NCBI GenBank assembly: GCA_012295275.1
Contig: CM022668.1
Location: forward strand, 4,588,001-4,652,000
DNA: 64,000 nt
Source: Chrysomallon squamiferum
Taxonomy: Eukaryota; Animalia; Mollusca
Direction of reading: 5' to 3'
The position numbers were made by a program, and so were the translations under genes. Positions within the stretch are counted from its first letter, which is position 1. Each line of letters begins with the position of its first letter. Below the pieces are notes generated by a model, which did no database searches, was not told where the DNA came from, and saw only the letters and a list, made by a program, of their open reading frames with translations. Of this stretch, positions 1 to 16,559 are shown piece after piece.

Positions 1-760
1 TTTTTTGTTTTTGTTTGGTTTTTGTTTTTGCTTTTTTTTTATTTCACTAAACAACATCGTTAAAATTTAAACTTAAACTACTTAATGATTATTTTATTTC
101 TCTTATATAGAAACGACTACAAGAAGTAAATTGTTTTCTCTATTCATATGTAGGTACATAGACATGCAGAAATGCAAACATGCCAATATACAGAATTCAC
201 GCTCACTTTAATAAAATATATTATGCATTAAACACGAAAATCGCTTTCTTTTCTTTTTTGTTTTTTTTTTTTTTTTTTTTTTTGCTTTTTTTTTTTTTTT
301 TTTTTTTCACTAAACAACATCGTTAAAATTTAAACTTAAACTACTTAATGATTATTTTATTTCTCTTATAGAGAGACTACTAATACAAGTAAGTTCTTTT
401 TAATTAATTTGTTTTTTCTATTCATATGTGGGTACATAGACATGCAGAAATGCAAACATGCCTATATACAGATACATGCTTACTTTATTAAAATATATAA
501 TGCTTTAAACACGAAAATCGCTTTTTTCTTTTCTTTTTTTTAATTTTGTTGTTTGTTTGTTGTTGTTTTTTTTTTTTATTATTGTTTTTGTTTTTTTTCT
601 TTTCTTTATTTCACTAAACAACATCGTTAAAATTTAACCTTAACCCTCTTAATGATTATTTTATTTCTCTTATATAGAAGCGCCTAATACAAGTAAGTTG
701 TTTTTAATTAATTTGTTTTTTCTATTAATATATAGGTACATAGAAACATGCAAAAATTCA
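1..760 (+). repeat. ~260-300 bp tandem repeat (3 units), each holding one micro-exon
   Basis: TTCACTAAACAACATCGTTAAAATTTAA...CTTAATGATTATTTTATTTCTCTTATA recurs near 43, 306 and 610. Confidence 0.85.
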
Positions 761-825
761 AACATACCTGTATGCAGATATTGCATACATACATAATATT
801 ATTCGTATATATATACATACATACA

Positions 826-861
<36 letters not shown>

Positions 862-2008
862 TAGATATAGATATAGATATATACATATGCATGTGAATAC
901 ACACACAAGGAAACATCGTATATGTAAGCAGGAGGAGAGAAAAATATATATACATACGTAGACAGATATATATTGATAACAATGAATATACGTAAGTCTG
1001 ATCTTTCTTATCATGTAAAATATATATATATGTATCTACACATATACACACACATACACACACACGTGTGTATATATATATATATATATATATATTTCAA
1101 ACCATCTGAATGTAACGTCCGTCACTGCGGAATTGCTCTACGTACACAACATACATAAAAGATGAAAATACTTCATGAAGCTTTTAGATCTATCTTATAG
1201 ATGTGCATAACATATAAGTACAGAAAAGGAAAACACTATATATGATAAAATAATATTGCAAAATATGAATATAACTGAAAGTTAATTTATGCTTTTTATG
1301 TATTTTTGTTTTTAAATTTAATTTTTTTTTTACTTTTAGGCTCGGAGCGAAGGTAAGTTTTTGATAATTAATTTATATTCTGCATTCACAGAAAGAAACC
1401 CAGACAAACACACACACACCCTTACATGTTCGCCTGTGTGTGTCTCTCTCTCTCTTTGCTTTTCTGCAATGTCTGTCTATGCATTTATCTTGCAAAATAT
1501 TCACCTGGTGAAGAAAATAACGACTGAAAAATGAAACTTTCTTTCACGTCACTCCGTTCAATCCTCTTTAAGATTAGCAGCAAATTATCTCTTAACTGTA
1601 CCATCCCATAGACAGGAAAACTCTGCATGGTGATTAAAAACCACTGACAACAAACAATTTTGTTTTATCAATGAGATTCGTATCCTTTTAATTATCTGTA
1701 ACATAGGTCAGTCAGTATGGCAAACAACTGTTAGCAAATTGTTTAAACGTTTTATACGTATGTTGGTAAATGTTTTATAAATATCTTAGAAAATGTTTTA
1801 TACATATCTTGTCTTTTTCTACCCATAATATATATATATATATTTATATATATATATATATCTACATCCATTCCTCGTCTTGCCTATCTGCCTGTCTCTA
1901 GAGATTAATATATATTATATTATTATATTATGTAGATATTAATACACTTTTTTTTTTCTATTTTAGGTGCTTAAACAGACTGTTTCCGAAGAAAAACAGA
2001 ACAGCTAA
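111..2008 (+). CDS. 3' end of an unidentified micro-exon gene (exons 111-125, 374-388, 678-692, 1340-1352, terminal exon from 1967)
   Basis: Three 15-nt segments are each preceded by CTTAAT and a polypyrimidine tract plus AG, and followed by GTAAAT/GTAAGT. Then a 13-nt exon tag|GCTCGGAGCGAAG|gtaagt and an acceptor ttttag| at 1966/1967. Phase-0 join reads KRLQE-RLLIQ-KRLIQ-ARSEGA*; phase-1 join reads xTTTR-KTTNT-KAPNT-SSERRCLNRLF... The frame cannot be resolved. Confidence 0.5.
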
Positions 2009-2620
2009 TACAAGAAAGAAATATAACAGTCAGAACGTTATGCTTTTAACTGTAATGAAGTATACTTTGATCTGTAATAAAATACACTTTAATCTTTCAT
2101 AAAATATTCTTTCATCTGTACTAAAATATGTTTTTACTTGTAACAAATACATATTTAAAGATACACAGAGAGAAAAAGAATTGATAAAGCGGAAACGTCT
2201 GGGATAAAACAAATTAATAAAACAATATACAGAAAAAAAAAATTAAAATAAAATAAAGAAGAAAGAAACAGCAAAAAAAATAAACATAAAATTTAAAAAA
2301 AAAAAGAACTTGTAAAAATAAAATAAACAAACATATATGTACATACATACATGCATATATATTTATATCATTCCTCCATATACCAATAAAACAACAAAAA
2401 AAGGTAATCCTCTTAAAAATGACAAAGAAAAAAAATAAATATATATTATTGCGATAACAGCTGTAGGACAAAAATTTAAATGCACCCTACGGTTTATGCT
2501 GAAATCTAGAAAACAGATAAATAAAGAGTACTGTTGATCTTTCTTTTTTTTTTTTTTTTTTTTTTTTTCATACACATTCGAACATTTCAGTAATATGTAA
2601 TACCGACTCTGGTAAATCAG

Positions 2621-2771
2621 CAGTAATAATAATAATAGTAAAGATAATAATAGCAACAACAACAACAGTAATAATAATAATAGTAAAGATAATAATAGCA
2701 ACAACAACAACAGTAATAATAATAATAGTAAAGATAATAATAGCAACAACAACAACAGTAATAATAATAAT
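2621..2771. repeat. 45-bp tandem repeat x3
   Basis: CAGTAATAATAATAATAGTAAAGATAATAATAGCAACAACAACAA starts at 2621, 2666 and 2711. Confidence 0.85.
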
Positions 2772-2803
2772 CGAAATTTTGACCGTCTTCGTTGGTTATC
2801 TCT

Positions 2804-2890
<87 letters not shown>

Positions 2891-4985
2891 TATCTATCTT
2901 GTCATTTGCCCTTGCTCTTTTCTTGTACCATTCTTCTGACAGTCCAACATACTAAGACTAACATTCGTGTTCCTTACTTTTTATTCCCAGAACAGATTTG
3001 TTAAAAATGATCTGCTTGTTTATCAGTTTGTCTATTGTGTAATACTTGTTCCCGCATCTTTGTTTTTGGACACGTTTTCTCTTTTCCTCGACTTCAGAAA
3101 ATCTTTAATATTAAACCATCTAACTGCACGTGATCTCCGTGCACAAACAAGTCACGTGACTGATAACTTTCACTTTTTTTCAGTATCAGTGAGTATCAAT
3201 TCTACTCGGTGCACTTCGTGATTGCCAGTCTGTTTATTGCTCTGTTATTTTTTTGTGATAATAAAATATCTATCCACTGATCTTAGCGCAAAAGTAATAA
3301 CAAGTGACAGATGTCAAGTTTTCTTCGAACTACTGTGATAAAGTTTGTACTGTGTGACCGAATATGTATCTATGTTTGCATATAGACGCAACCTGCTATA
3401 GCGTTTTAGTTGATAGATGTTTTCAGCGTGTTAATATCGTTAAGTCTGTGTAGTTCATTGCGATCAATATATATATATATCTATGCGTATATATCTATTT
3501 GTATGTACCTTTTATGTATATATTGATTGCAGCATGTTACAATAAAACAATAAAATAAAACAGTAGAAAAAGTGAAGAAAAAAGGAAGAGTCAATATTTT
3601 GAATGCAAAAACAAATATTTTAAAAAGGTAAATAAATTCCTTGCATAATTAATTGTTTTTTAGGGGATTCACCAGTTACCATTATTATTGACATGACATT
3701 AGGAAAAACGGCAAATCATACATCAACAAAAATACACAAACTATTTGTATAACTTCATGTTATCATTATATATTTTATTTAATTTTCATATTTTATACAT
3801 AATTTCGATATTTTAAAATTAAATGTGTGTTTTTTGTCCTGTACCTAAGGTGAACAGTCCCTCATTTTCAAGTATGAATAATCCCGTATTAGCCACACTG
3901 AAGTGGGATTGTCTTATGTACAGTGGTGAAGAAGAATTAATAAATATTTTGATTTTCTTTCGATAGCATACGACACATAGCAGATAATAATAAAATTAAA
4001 AAATTATAATTAAAACCTACCATCCAAACTACTTCTAATGTTAGTAGTGTTAGTAATAAATGATTCGTAAAGAAAAGAAAGCCAGTGTAATTTTAAAATC
4101 ATTTTTATTTCAATTGTTTAGAGAAAATAGTAAAAACAAACAATAAGTAATCTTAAAAAAACGTTTTTATTTAATTTAATAATTAATAGTTCACAGAAAA
4201 ACAGTAAAAACAAACAAGAAAATTGTTTTAAAATAGTTTTTATTTCACATTTATGTTTACGGTAAATAGTTAAAACAAACAACCGAATAGTTCATAAAAG
4301 TATTTCTATTTCATTTTGTCTCATTTAAATTTTACAAACGGATTAGTAGTGTCAGTAATAAAAACAAAAACAATTATTTACTGAGCAAAAAACAACAACA
4401 ACAAAGACAGAACGATTTTTAAAATGTTTAATGTGAACAGTATTTACAGCTGTAACTTCTTAAGAACTTAATAAATGCCTATTTCGAAAATTAATTTCCG
4501 ATCAAGAACCATAGATTTATTTTCGAAATACCGCGTCACTGAATACTCATACCAAGCTGACAAGTGATTTAAAAAATAAACACGAGTAGAAATAAATTGA
4601 ATGTACTCAGCAGCGTATTTCAAATCATTTCACGAGTTCTGAAGAATGCACGACCTTCACGAACCTAGCGAACAGCGAGTGATGTTATTGCAATTGTCGA
4701 CGTCATACTTGTAAACATCCGAACAAAGCGGAAGCAGAAGACGTCGGAGATCTTCGTTAGACGTCATTTTCTTGCAACGTGGCATGGAGTTTTGTTTTCA
4801 TTTTTGTTTTGTTTTGTCATTATTAAGTACGTAAACAAACACATTCACCCGGTGTCACGGTGACTGGTCTGACTGGTATTTATACCTTAAAGTTGGTTCC
4901 ATCCGTCTAAGAGGTAGCAGACTACAAACAACAGAAGTTCTAGTCTGCATCCACTAGAGAATAATAACGCCAACAAGAACTGAAT

Positions 4986-6590
<1,605 letters not shown>

Positions 6591-7269
6591 GTTGTTGTTG
6601 TTGTTAGAGTAACAGTAGTAGTAGTATTAGTCATTGCCATGTAGTAGTAGTGTAGTTGTCACAGCATTAGTACGTTGTAGTATAAATAAATATAATTCTT
6701 TTTCTTGTAGTAGGTGAACTCATCTTGTGATATTTTAGCAAATGATGCTGTCTACATAACAGTAATGTATCTTGTGCGACCTATGATCATAAAAAAAACT
6801 AACTAGTTATAGTCAAGGTACTAGCTGTCATGGTAGTAGTACTAGTACTAATAGCAGTTTTTGCAAATGAGTAATTGATATGACAAATGTAACAAGAAAA
6901 ATGGCAGCAACAACACCACTAGTAGTAGTTATAGTAGTTTTAATTGTTGTTGTTGTAGTAGTTAAAACAATATTAGTATAAAGAAATACAGGCATAGGAG
7001 TAATGGTGAAGATAGTAAAAACTGTATTTAATGACAAAACTGGATGAAATAAATCATATTGTTTTAAAGTAATTTAAAACAAAATAAATACTTTTTTTTA
7101 AGGGAAAAATAAAGTAAACAAATTAACTAAATTAATTACTTTACAGTAAACCAATAACTAATTTTGATTTTATTTATCAGTTCGTATCAAGAAAGAGACG
7201 TCTGTTGACTTTCAGCTTCAAAACAGTTAAAAGTGAAACTAACTTACCAGACAGGTTTACGTTTACTTT

Positions 7270-8631
7270 TTACATCGAGTAGATATTTTTATTTATCTTG
7301 TGATGTACTCTCCCACATATAATCTGTTCTCATGACAACAGACACACCAAGGTCTGGACAGTCCATCCTGGTCAGCGAGGATGTCACGTGTCATGTTACC
7401 ATCTCGTGACAACTAACAACACAATTTCCAGTCTAATCACAAACAAAAATATTCTCCTCCCTGTCACATTTAATACCTCTCAATGCCCTCAGATTGGCTG
7501 AATCATGTGACTCCCATTTCACGTCACCCGATGACGTCACACAACGAGTCATGTTACCATCTCGTGACAACTAACAACACAATTTCCAGTCTAATCACAA
7601 ACAAAAATATTCTCCTCCCTATCACATTTAATACCTCTCAATGCCCTCAGATTGGCTGAATCACGTGACGTCACACAACATATTGTTTTTACATTTCTTC
7701 TCTGTGACACAACAATCAGATACGGATCTTGAGCTGTGAGACGCGACGGTCCCGGGGATCAAATCCGCTGAGATAGAATTAAAGAACGGTTGCCAGGTAA
7801 CACAGCGATGTACTCACACTTTTTATTAGTTTTAACTGTTTTGATCACTTTGAAGTTTTCCAAATTTAAAAACAATATTTTATTTTCATCTAGCAGAACA
7901 ACATCACCCTGCTGATCACGTGATTCAGCAAGACCACGTGGTTGACAGGAAGTTGCGTGTTTGTTTATCTGTGATTTTCTTTCTAAACGAAAACATTTTA
8001 CACAGAAATTGTTCGAATCACTAACAACAGTTTTTACTTTTGTCATCACCTGTACCAGAATGGAAGTCAGATAAGGATTTTCTTCATCTTCTTCTGTTTT
8101 GTGTTAATGGTGTCTGTGTGTTTCAGTGTTTCTGTCTGTGTGTCAGTTTGGATGTTTGTTGATATTTCTCCAAAGTGCAGATTTCTTTGGATTTTTCTGT
8201 TTGTGAAAGAGATTTGGCCAGAAACACGGAAACTGTGTTTAGAATTTCGGTGAATTTTGAAATGTTTACTTTTATGTCAGACTTTGATTTTCTTTTTAAC
8301 AAATCTTCGCCCAGTTTTACCAGTTTTTAATTTTCATCAATCAGATGTCTGTTCAGTAAACAGTTTGTCTGTTTCTGAGTTTACAAAAGTTCTCAGATGT
8401 TTCTATTTCTCTTATTAATTTATCTTGTTCTTTGTGGACTGCGGCTGTAAAATCTGTGATAAGTATGTTCACAATCCTTCTGACCTCTTCTGTGGTGTCC
8501 ACGACGTTGATGTCGACGGCTTGGCGAAGTTGCTCTGTCTTATTATCATCGACCTCTGTCTGAAGAATGCCTTTAAAGCATTTGAGACCCTCACAAACAT
8601 CTCAGAGCCAAAACGTGACCTCCATTTTTAG
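7270..8631 (-). pseudogene. TRIM-like coiled-coil + NHL/beta-propeller exon, copy 1 (stops and frameshifts)
   Basis: Acceptor ttcag| at 8631. Fragments: EQLRQAVDINVVDTTEEVRRIVNILITDFTAAVHKEQDKLIREIE; VVSDSNNFCVKCF; QPRGLAES; LRGIKCDREENIFVCD*TGNCVV; RDGNMTRDILADQDGLSRPWCVCCHENRLYVGE. This pattern is typical of expanded lophotrochozoan B-box/NHL proteins. Confidence 0.7.
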
Positions 8632-8674
8632 CTGAAATAAATAAATAAATAAATAAACATTGATAAATAAAATA

Positions 8675-8735
<61 letters not shown>

Positions 8736-8814
8736 CAACTAGGACTACTACTATTAATAAAGAAATAGTTAACAATGTGAAGAGTTTAAGAATTTACTTT
8801 ATCAATATAAAAAT

Positions 8815-10011
8815 CTGGACACTCCATCCTGGTCAGTGAGGATGTCACGTTTCATGTTACCATCTCGTGACAACTGACAATACAATTTCCAGTCTAATCA
8901 CAAACAAAAATATTCTCGTCCTTGTCACATTTAATACCTCTCAATACCCTCAGATTGGCTGAATCACGTAACGTCACCTGATGACGTCACACAACATATT
9001 GTTTCTACATTTCTTCTCTGTGACACAACAATCAGATACGGATCTTGAGCTGTGAGACGCGACGGTCCCGGAGATCAAATCCGCTGAGATAGAATTAAAG
9101 AACCGATCACCAAATAACCTGTGACCAGTGACCTCGAGACGGTTGCCAGGTAACACAGCGATGTACTCGCACTTTTTATTAGTTTTAACTGTTTTGATCA
9201 GTTTGAAGTTTTGCAAATTTAAAAACAATATTTTATTTTCATCTAGCAGAACAACATCACCCTGCTGATCATGTGATTCAGCAAGACCACGTGGTTGACA
9301 GGAAGTTGCGTGTTTGTTTATCTGATTTGCTTTCTAAACGAAAGCATTTTACACAGAAATTGTTCGAATCACTAACAACAGTTTTTACTTTTGTCATCAC
9401 CTGACACCAGAATGGAAGTCCGATAAGGATTTTCTTCATCTTCTTATGTTTTTGTGTTAATGGTGTCTGTATGTTTGAGTGTTTCTGTCTGTGTGTCAGT
9501 TTGGATGTTTGTTGATATTTCTCCAAAGTGCACAGACATTTCTTTCTTTTTATCAGATTTTATCAGATTTCTTTGGATTTTTCTATTTGTGAAAGAGATT
9601 TCGCCAGAAACACGGAGACTGTGTTTAGAATTTCGGTGAATTTTGAAATGTTTACTTTTATGTCAGATTCTGATTTTCTTTTTAACAAATCTTCGCCCAG
9701 TTTTATCAGTTTTTAATTTTCATCAATCAGATGTCTGTTCAGTAAACAGTTTGTCTGTTTCTGAGTTTACAAAAGTTCTCAGATGTTTCTATTTCTCTTA
9801 TTAACCTATCTTTGTGGACTGCGGCTGTAAAATCTGTGATAAGTATGTTCATAATCCTTCTGACTTCTTCTGTGGTGTCCACGACGTTGATGTCGACGGC
9901 TTGGCGAAGTTGCTCTGTCTTATTATCATCGACCTCTGTCTGAAGAATTCCTTTAAAGGATTTGAGACCCTCACAAACATCTCAGAGCCAAAACGTGACC
10001 TCCATTTTTAG
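8815..10011 (-). pseudogene. TRIM-like coiled-coil/NHL exon, tandem copy 2
   Basis: Near-identical to copy 1 at ~1.38 kb period, with the same stops; lacks the final PWCVCC...RLYVG part. Confidence 0.7.
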
Positions 10012-10164
10012 CTGAAATAAATAAATAAACAAACAAACAAATAAATAAATAAACATTGATTAATTAAATAATAATAATAATAATACAACTAGGACTACTA
10101 CTATTAATAAAGAAATGGTTAACAATGTAAAGAGTTTTAGAATTTACTTTATCAATATAAAAAT

Positions 10165-11364
10165 CTGGACAGTCCATCCTTGTCAGTGAGGATGTCACGT
10201 TTCATGTTACCATCTCGTAACAAATGACAATACAATTCCCAGTCTAATCACATACAAAAATATTCTCCTCCCTCTCACATTTAATACCTCTCAGTGCTCT
10301 CACATTGGCTGAATCTTTTGACGTCACCTGATGACGTCACACAACATATTGTTTCTACATTTCTTCTCTGTGACACAACAATCAGATACGGATCTTCAGC
10401 TGTGAGACACGACGGTCCCGGGGATCAAATCCGCTGAGATAGAATTAAAGAACCGATCACCAAATAACCTGTGACCAGTGACCTCGAGACGGTTGCCAGG
10501 TAACACAGCGATGTACTCACACTTTTTATTAGTTTTAACTGTTTTGATCACTTTGAAGTTTTGCAAATTAAAAAACAATATTTTATTTTCATCTAGCAGA
10601 ACAACATCACCATGCTGATCACGTGATTCAGCAAGACCACGTGGTTGACAGGAAGTTGCGTGTTTGTTTATCTGTGATTTTCTTTCTAAACGAAAACATT
10701 TTACACAGAAATTCTTCGAATCACTAACAACAGTTTTTCCTTTTGTCCTCACCTGTACCAGAATGGAAGTCAGATAAGGATTTTCTTCATCTTCTTCTGT
10801 TTTGTGTTAATGGTGTCTGTGTGTTTCAGTGTTTCTGTCTGTCTGTCAGTTTGGATGTTTGTTGATAATTCTCCAATGTGCACAGACATTTCTTTCTTTT
10901 TATCAGATTTTATCAGATTTATTTTGAACTTGGATTTTTCTATTTGTGAAAGAGATTTGGCCGGAAACTGTGTTTAGAATTTCGGTGAATTTTGAAATGT
11001 TTACTTCTATGTCAGACTCTGATTTTCTTTTTAACAAATCTTCGCCTAGTTTTATCAGTTTTTATTTTCATCAATCAGATGTCTGTTCAGTAAACGGTTT
11101 GTCTGTTTCTGAGTTTACAAAAGTTCTCAGATGTTTCTATTTCTCTTATTACCCTATCTTGTTCTTTGTGGACTGCGGCTGTAAAATCTGTGATAAGTAT
11201 GTTCACAATCCTTCTGACCTCTTCTGTGGTGTCCACGACGTTGATGTCGACGGCTTGGCGAAGTTGCTCTGTCTTATCATCGACCTCTGTCTGAAGAATT
11301 CCTTTAAAGCATTTGAGACCCTCGCAAACAGATCTCAGAGCTGAAACCTGACCTCCATTTTCAG
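10165..11364 (-). pseudogene. TRIM-like coiled-coil/NHL exon, tandem copy 3
   Basis: Same sequence; the acceptor AG is changed to AC. Confidence 0.7.
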
Positions 11365-11416
11365 GTGAAATAAATAAAAAAAAAAAAAAAAAAAAAAAAT
11401 AAAGATTGATTAATTA

Positions 11417-11463
<47 letters not shown>

Positions 11464-11540
11464 AAGTAGGACTACTACTATTAATAAAGATATGGTTAAC
11501 AATGTGAAGAGTTTAAGAATTTACTTTATCAATATAAAAA

Positions 11541-12600
11541 TCTGGACAGTCCATCCTGGTTAGTGAGGATGTCACGTGTCATGTTACCATCTCGTGACAA
11601 CTAACAATACAGTTCCCAGTCTAATCACAAACAAATATTCTCCTCCCTCTCACATTTAATACCTCTCAATGCTCTCAGATTGGCTGAATCACGTAACGTC
11701 ACCTGATGACGTCACACAACATATTATTTCTACATTTCTTCTCTGTGACACAACAATCAGATACGGATCTTGAGCTGTGAGACACGACGGTCCCGGGGAT
11801 CAAATCCGCTGAGATAGAATTAAAGAACCGATCACCAAATAACCTGTGACCAGTGACCTCGAGACGGTTGCCAGGTAACACAGCGATGTACTCACACGTT
11901 TTATTAGTTTTAACTGTTTTGATCAGTTTGAAGTTTTCCAATTTAAAAACAATATTTTATTTTCATCTAGCAGAACAACATCACCCTGCTGATCACGTGA
12001 TTCAGCAAGACCACGTGGTTGACAGGAAGTTGCGTGTTTGTTTATCTGTGATTTTCTTTCTAAACGAAAACATTTTACACAGAAATTGTTCGAATCATTT
12101 TTACTTTTGTCCTCACCTGACACCAGAATTGAAGTCCGATAAGGATTTTCTTCATCTTCTTGTGTTTTTGTGTTAATGGTGTCTATGCGTTTCAGTGTTT
12201 CTGTCTGTCTGTCAGTTTGGATATTTGTTGATATTTCTCCAAAGTGCACAGACATTTCTTTCTTTTTATCAGATTTTATCAGATTTATTTTGAACTTGTA
12301 TTTTTCTATTTGTGAGAGATTTGGACAGAAACACGGAAACTGTGTTTAGAATTTCGGTGAATTTTTAAATGTTTACTTTTATGTCAGACTTTGATTTTCT
12401 TTTTAACAAATCTTCACCCAGTTTTACCAGTTTTTAATTTTGATCAATCAGATGTCTGTTCAGTAAACAGTTTGTCTGTTTCTGAATTTACAAAAGTTCT
12501 CAGATGTTTCTATTTCTCTTATTAATTTATCTTGTTCTTTGTGGACTGCGGCTGTAAAATCTGTGATAAGTATGTTCACAATCCTTCTGACCTCTTCTGT
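11541..12600 (-). pseudogene. TRIM-like coiled-coil/NHL exon, tandem copy 4 (5'-truncated)
   Basis: Homology breaks at ...GACCTCTTCTGT (12600); the inter-unit junction sequence recurs at 12611-12655. Confidence 0.7.
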
Positions 12601-14207
12601 CAGTGATTACCAATGTGAAGAGTTTTAGAATTTACTGTATCAATATAAAAATCTGAGTAGAATAAAAATGTTGTAAATAAAATGTCTTCTGTTTCTTTAT
12701 GAGCCTGCTGCGATGATTAATACACGACTCAAATGTTTTTAGTTAAATAATCACCGCAATAAAGAACTTGTCGAAAACATCCATACAAAGGCAGCACGAA
12801 AAATCGACGTCGGAATTTGAAGCTATTGTCATATCTGTTACTAATAATAATTATAATAATAAATAAATAAATAAATAAATAAATTAGAATGAAGAATTAA
12901 AATTTTAAAATATGTTATATCGTAAGTCCTGCAGGTAATTTCTCAGATCACTATTCCTGCCGTCCTAGGTAATATTTTTAGTGATCCGACCCTTGAGCAA
13001 TCTAAAAGAAACGTGGTTTTAATGGAAATAAATGTATTCAATGTAATAATAATAATGAAGTCACTTTTCAGTACATAGTATACAATGACACCAATGCTGA
13101 ATGAGTAAAAAATATTTTATTTACGTCCAGCTCAACACATTTCAAATCTACAGTTTTCTAGATTCATTACGTATGATTTAAGGCGTTAAGAGAATGAAGA
13201 AAAAAAACAACATTTTTGACGCAGTGAGACATGTACTTTATCTCGGTAACCAGATATCACGGCCTTTGAAAAGATAATCGTGGAACTGACTTTGAGAAGG
13301 ATCGATGAGACAGCATATTGCCAAACTATTTTTCTCTAAGCACTGAGCCACACCCTTCCACTCTAACCAGTATGTAAAACACACATAAAAATAGGTACAG
13401 ACATTTTGCTAAGAATACAACGCAAATAACAAAGTTTTATTTTAATACAGTAGTAGCACCGTCAGTAGTAGTGGTGGTAAATAAATCAGACAGATCAATA
13501 CATTTAAATTATAGATAAAAACAAACTATAACCCATTACAAACTGATATCAGCAATAAGAAAACAACAATAACAACAACAACAACAACACTAAAAATGGT
13601 AATAACTTGACTTACTTTTATCTTAAGAAATTAAAAATGTAATACCCGGGAAAATGTATGTTTTCGTCTGCAATTTCGACTTGAGATTGAAGTTTGTGCG
13701 AAGCCGGTTTTGACAGACGACACTGAGTGAGAGGAAGATACCAAATGAAGAAAGGAAGGGGTGTTAGCTTCAATACTTTTCTCTCTTTTGATTTAATAAT
13801 AATAATTTAAAAAGTAGTTAAAGATTTTTATTCTTGTGGTAAACAGCAATAAAAATTATAACGTAGTATAATTTGTGCAGATTAATTAAAATTAAAAATA
13901 ATTGTCACAGTATTTCATTAATGTACTAATACTAGAAACAGCGACTCGTTTATAGGACACATACAAATATTACATTTCCCCACTTTAAATCTCATTTAAA
14001 CTCGAATAGTGAACAGACCGTAACAGGCTTTTTTTGTGAAAAATATAAAATAAAAAATTGCAATGAAAAGAGGATAGAAAATTAGTTACGTACGAATAAT
14101 AATAACATCAACAACAACAAAAATAATTATAACTAAATAAATAACTGTAAATAAATGACATAAATAAATAAAAATATTAAAGAAGACATTTGCAAGAAAA
14201 TTAAAAG

Positions 14208-14275
<68 letters not shown>

Positions 14276-16559
14276 TTTCAAAGATAATAAACAACACGGA
14301 GTTCTTACCAGACTGGATATTTTCTAAGAAAGAAATGACAATCTCGCTGTGTTACCGTGGAAACCAGGTTTCAGTTCTATGAGAAAAACACACAAATACG
14401 TGATCTAATAAACCCTCTTGAAGAGAACTTTGACCATCTCGTGATGGAGATAAAACTCAGGTGAGGTATACCAGTTTCAAACCATGGCCTTATTTAGTAT
14501 ACTGATAATTACATAAGTCAAATAAGAAAGATTACTAATCAACAATGCACTTATATATTTTCTATTTAACGTGAAATAAATATTTAGGTCCGTGTTTGTT
14601 TAAATAACGAGTGGGGTAGGATATTTATATATTTATTATTACAACCACTGTTACCTGTAATATTAAAGCTACTACAACGCGTTTTGTAACGTTGTCGCTG
14701 AGTTAACTTGTATTACTTTTTACAAATAGAACAAACAACAACAGCTACAACTACAGCTATTATTACTACTGTTACTACTAATATTAATACCATTAAACTA
14801 TTATTAGTGTTACAACTTCTTTATTTGATAATAATACTTCTAATTCTACCACTACAACCACTGTTAGTACTTCTACTATTAGCTACTGCTCTACTATCAT
14901 TACTATTATTATTACTACTACAGTACTATTACTAGTGTTACTAATGCTACAGTTGTTAATACCACTCCTGCTGCTACGACTTTACTACAACAACAACAAC
15001 AACTACTACTACTACTACTCTATAACTATTACTATAATAACTGCTATTAGTGTTACTACTATTAAAATTGTCTTGTAAATTCAAATTTCTTTATGAACAC
15101 ATTTTTCATTTTTTAATATTAACAATATCATTTGTTTAATTTATTCATATTTAGTTATATATATTCAATTCGTGTATAATTAATTTATTACTAAAACACA
15201 ACCTACTAACCTGTTTTGTCAAAAGTCAAAAAATAAACCTATATAAAATGACAACATGAAAATAATTAAACTGTTTTACGAGTCACAGATGTAGGAATCA
15301 AACTAAAATGCACCCTACGGTTTGTAATGAATTCTACAAAACAGTTCAATGAGCAGACGACCTTTTGTTTCGGGTCACGTTCGCGCATTTCAGTAACATT
15401 TATAAACGTGACATTCAGACAGCATCACTCAGTAAGTAATTCACAGGTAGAAGTGAAGAGAAGACTAAATAACAATGAGAATATTTCTTCTTACCGCCGT
15501 CGTCCAGTAGCATGTCTGTCTGTAGTAGAGTCACGTGGAAGTTGGTGGGGCGGACATTTCTCGAAATACTGCAGCGAAAGGTACATTTATTTATTTCATT
15601 GTTTAAATTAGGCGATCTTGGAATGTAATGTCCCAGTTAAAATACATTTTTCTCTGTTTGTCATTTCTATGTTTTGCAAGTGTTTTTCGTTTTTACTTTT
15701 ATTTATTTATTTATTTATGTTTGGGGTTTTCGAGTGTTTTTTTTTTTTTTTTTTTGTTATGGGGGATTTGTTGTTGTTTTTTTAAAATATATTTTTAACT
15801 TTTATTGTTTTTATTCTTTTCAATATGAAAGCGCCTATAAAAAGTACACAAAAAGATACACGGACATACAAAAACATTTACATGCATACATACATACACT
15901 GATGTAAGATGAATACATTTCATCACATGTATAATATTTTAGCCATATATATCATATACTGAATACTAAAAATAGCTTTTATTCTTTAAATACAATTGAA
16001 TAGCATTATTAAATTTTGAACTATTTCTGATATATTTTTCTCTTGTTTTATATTAAAGCATCTACCTCGAACGTTTTAATAACTAATTATTCAAAGATAT
16101 ATACAATCTTGCATACAAACATACAGGCAGACAGACATACATAAATGAATACAGATTATAAATGTACAAAATCTAATCAAATGTATACATCATTTGTCAT
16201 GCATTACTGATTGTTTGAAGGTATACGTCATGCCTTGAAACAATCACTGATGTATGATAAATAAAATTACCATATGTATACTTGGTGTTTTCTTACCATA
16301 TCAAATATAAATATATATATAACCTGCCAAACGCCAAAATAGTTGTTATTTGTTGAAATACTTTGAAAAAACATTATTAAATTTGAAACTGATCCCTATT
16401 TTTGCTGTACTCTTTTTTTTTTTTTTTTTTTTATATTAACGTTTTCAATCATTTATTTGTTTCTGCATTCATATAGAGAAATTAGACTCATACAAACATA
16501 AACATATGCACGAGCATGATTGCATGCATACATACGTACATAGATACACAGCTTATGAA

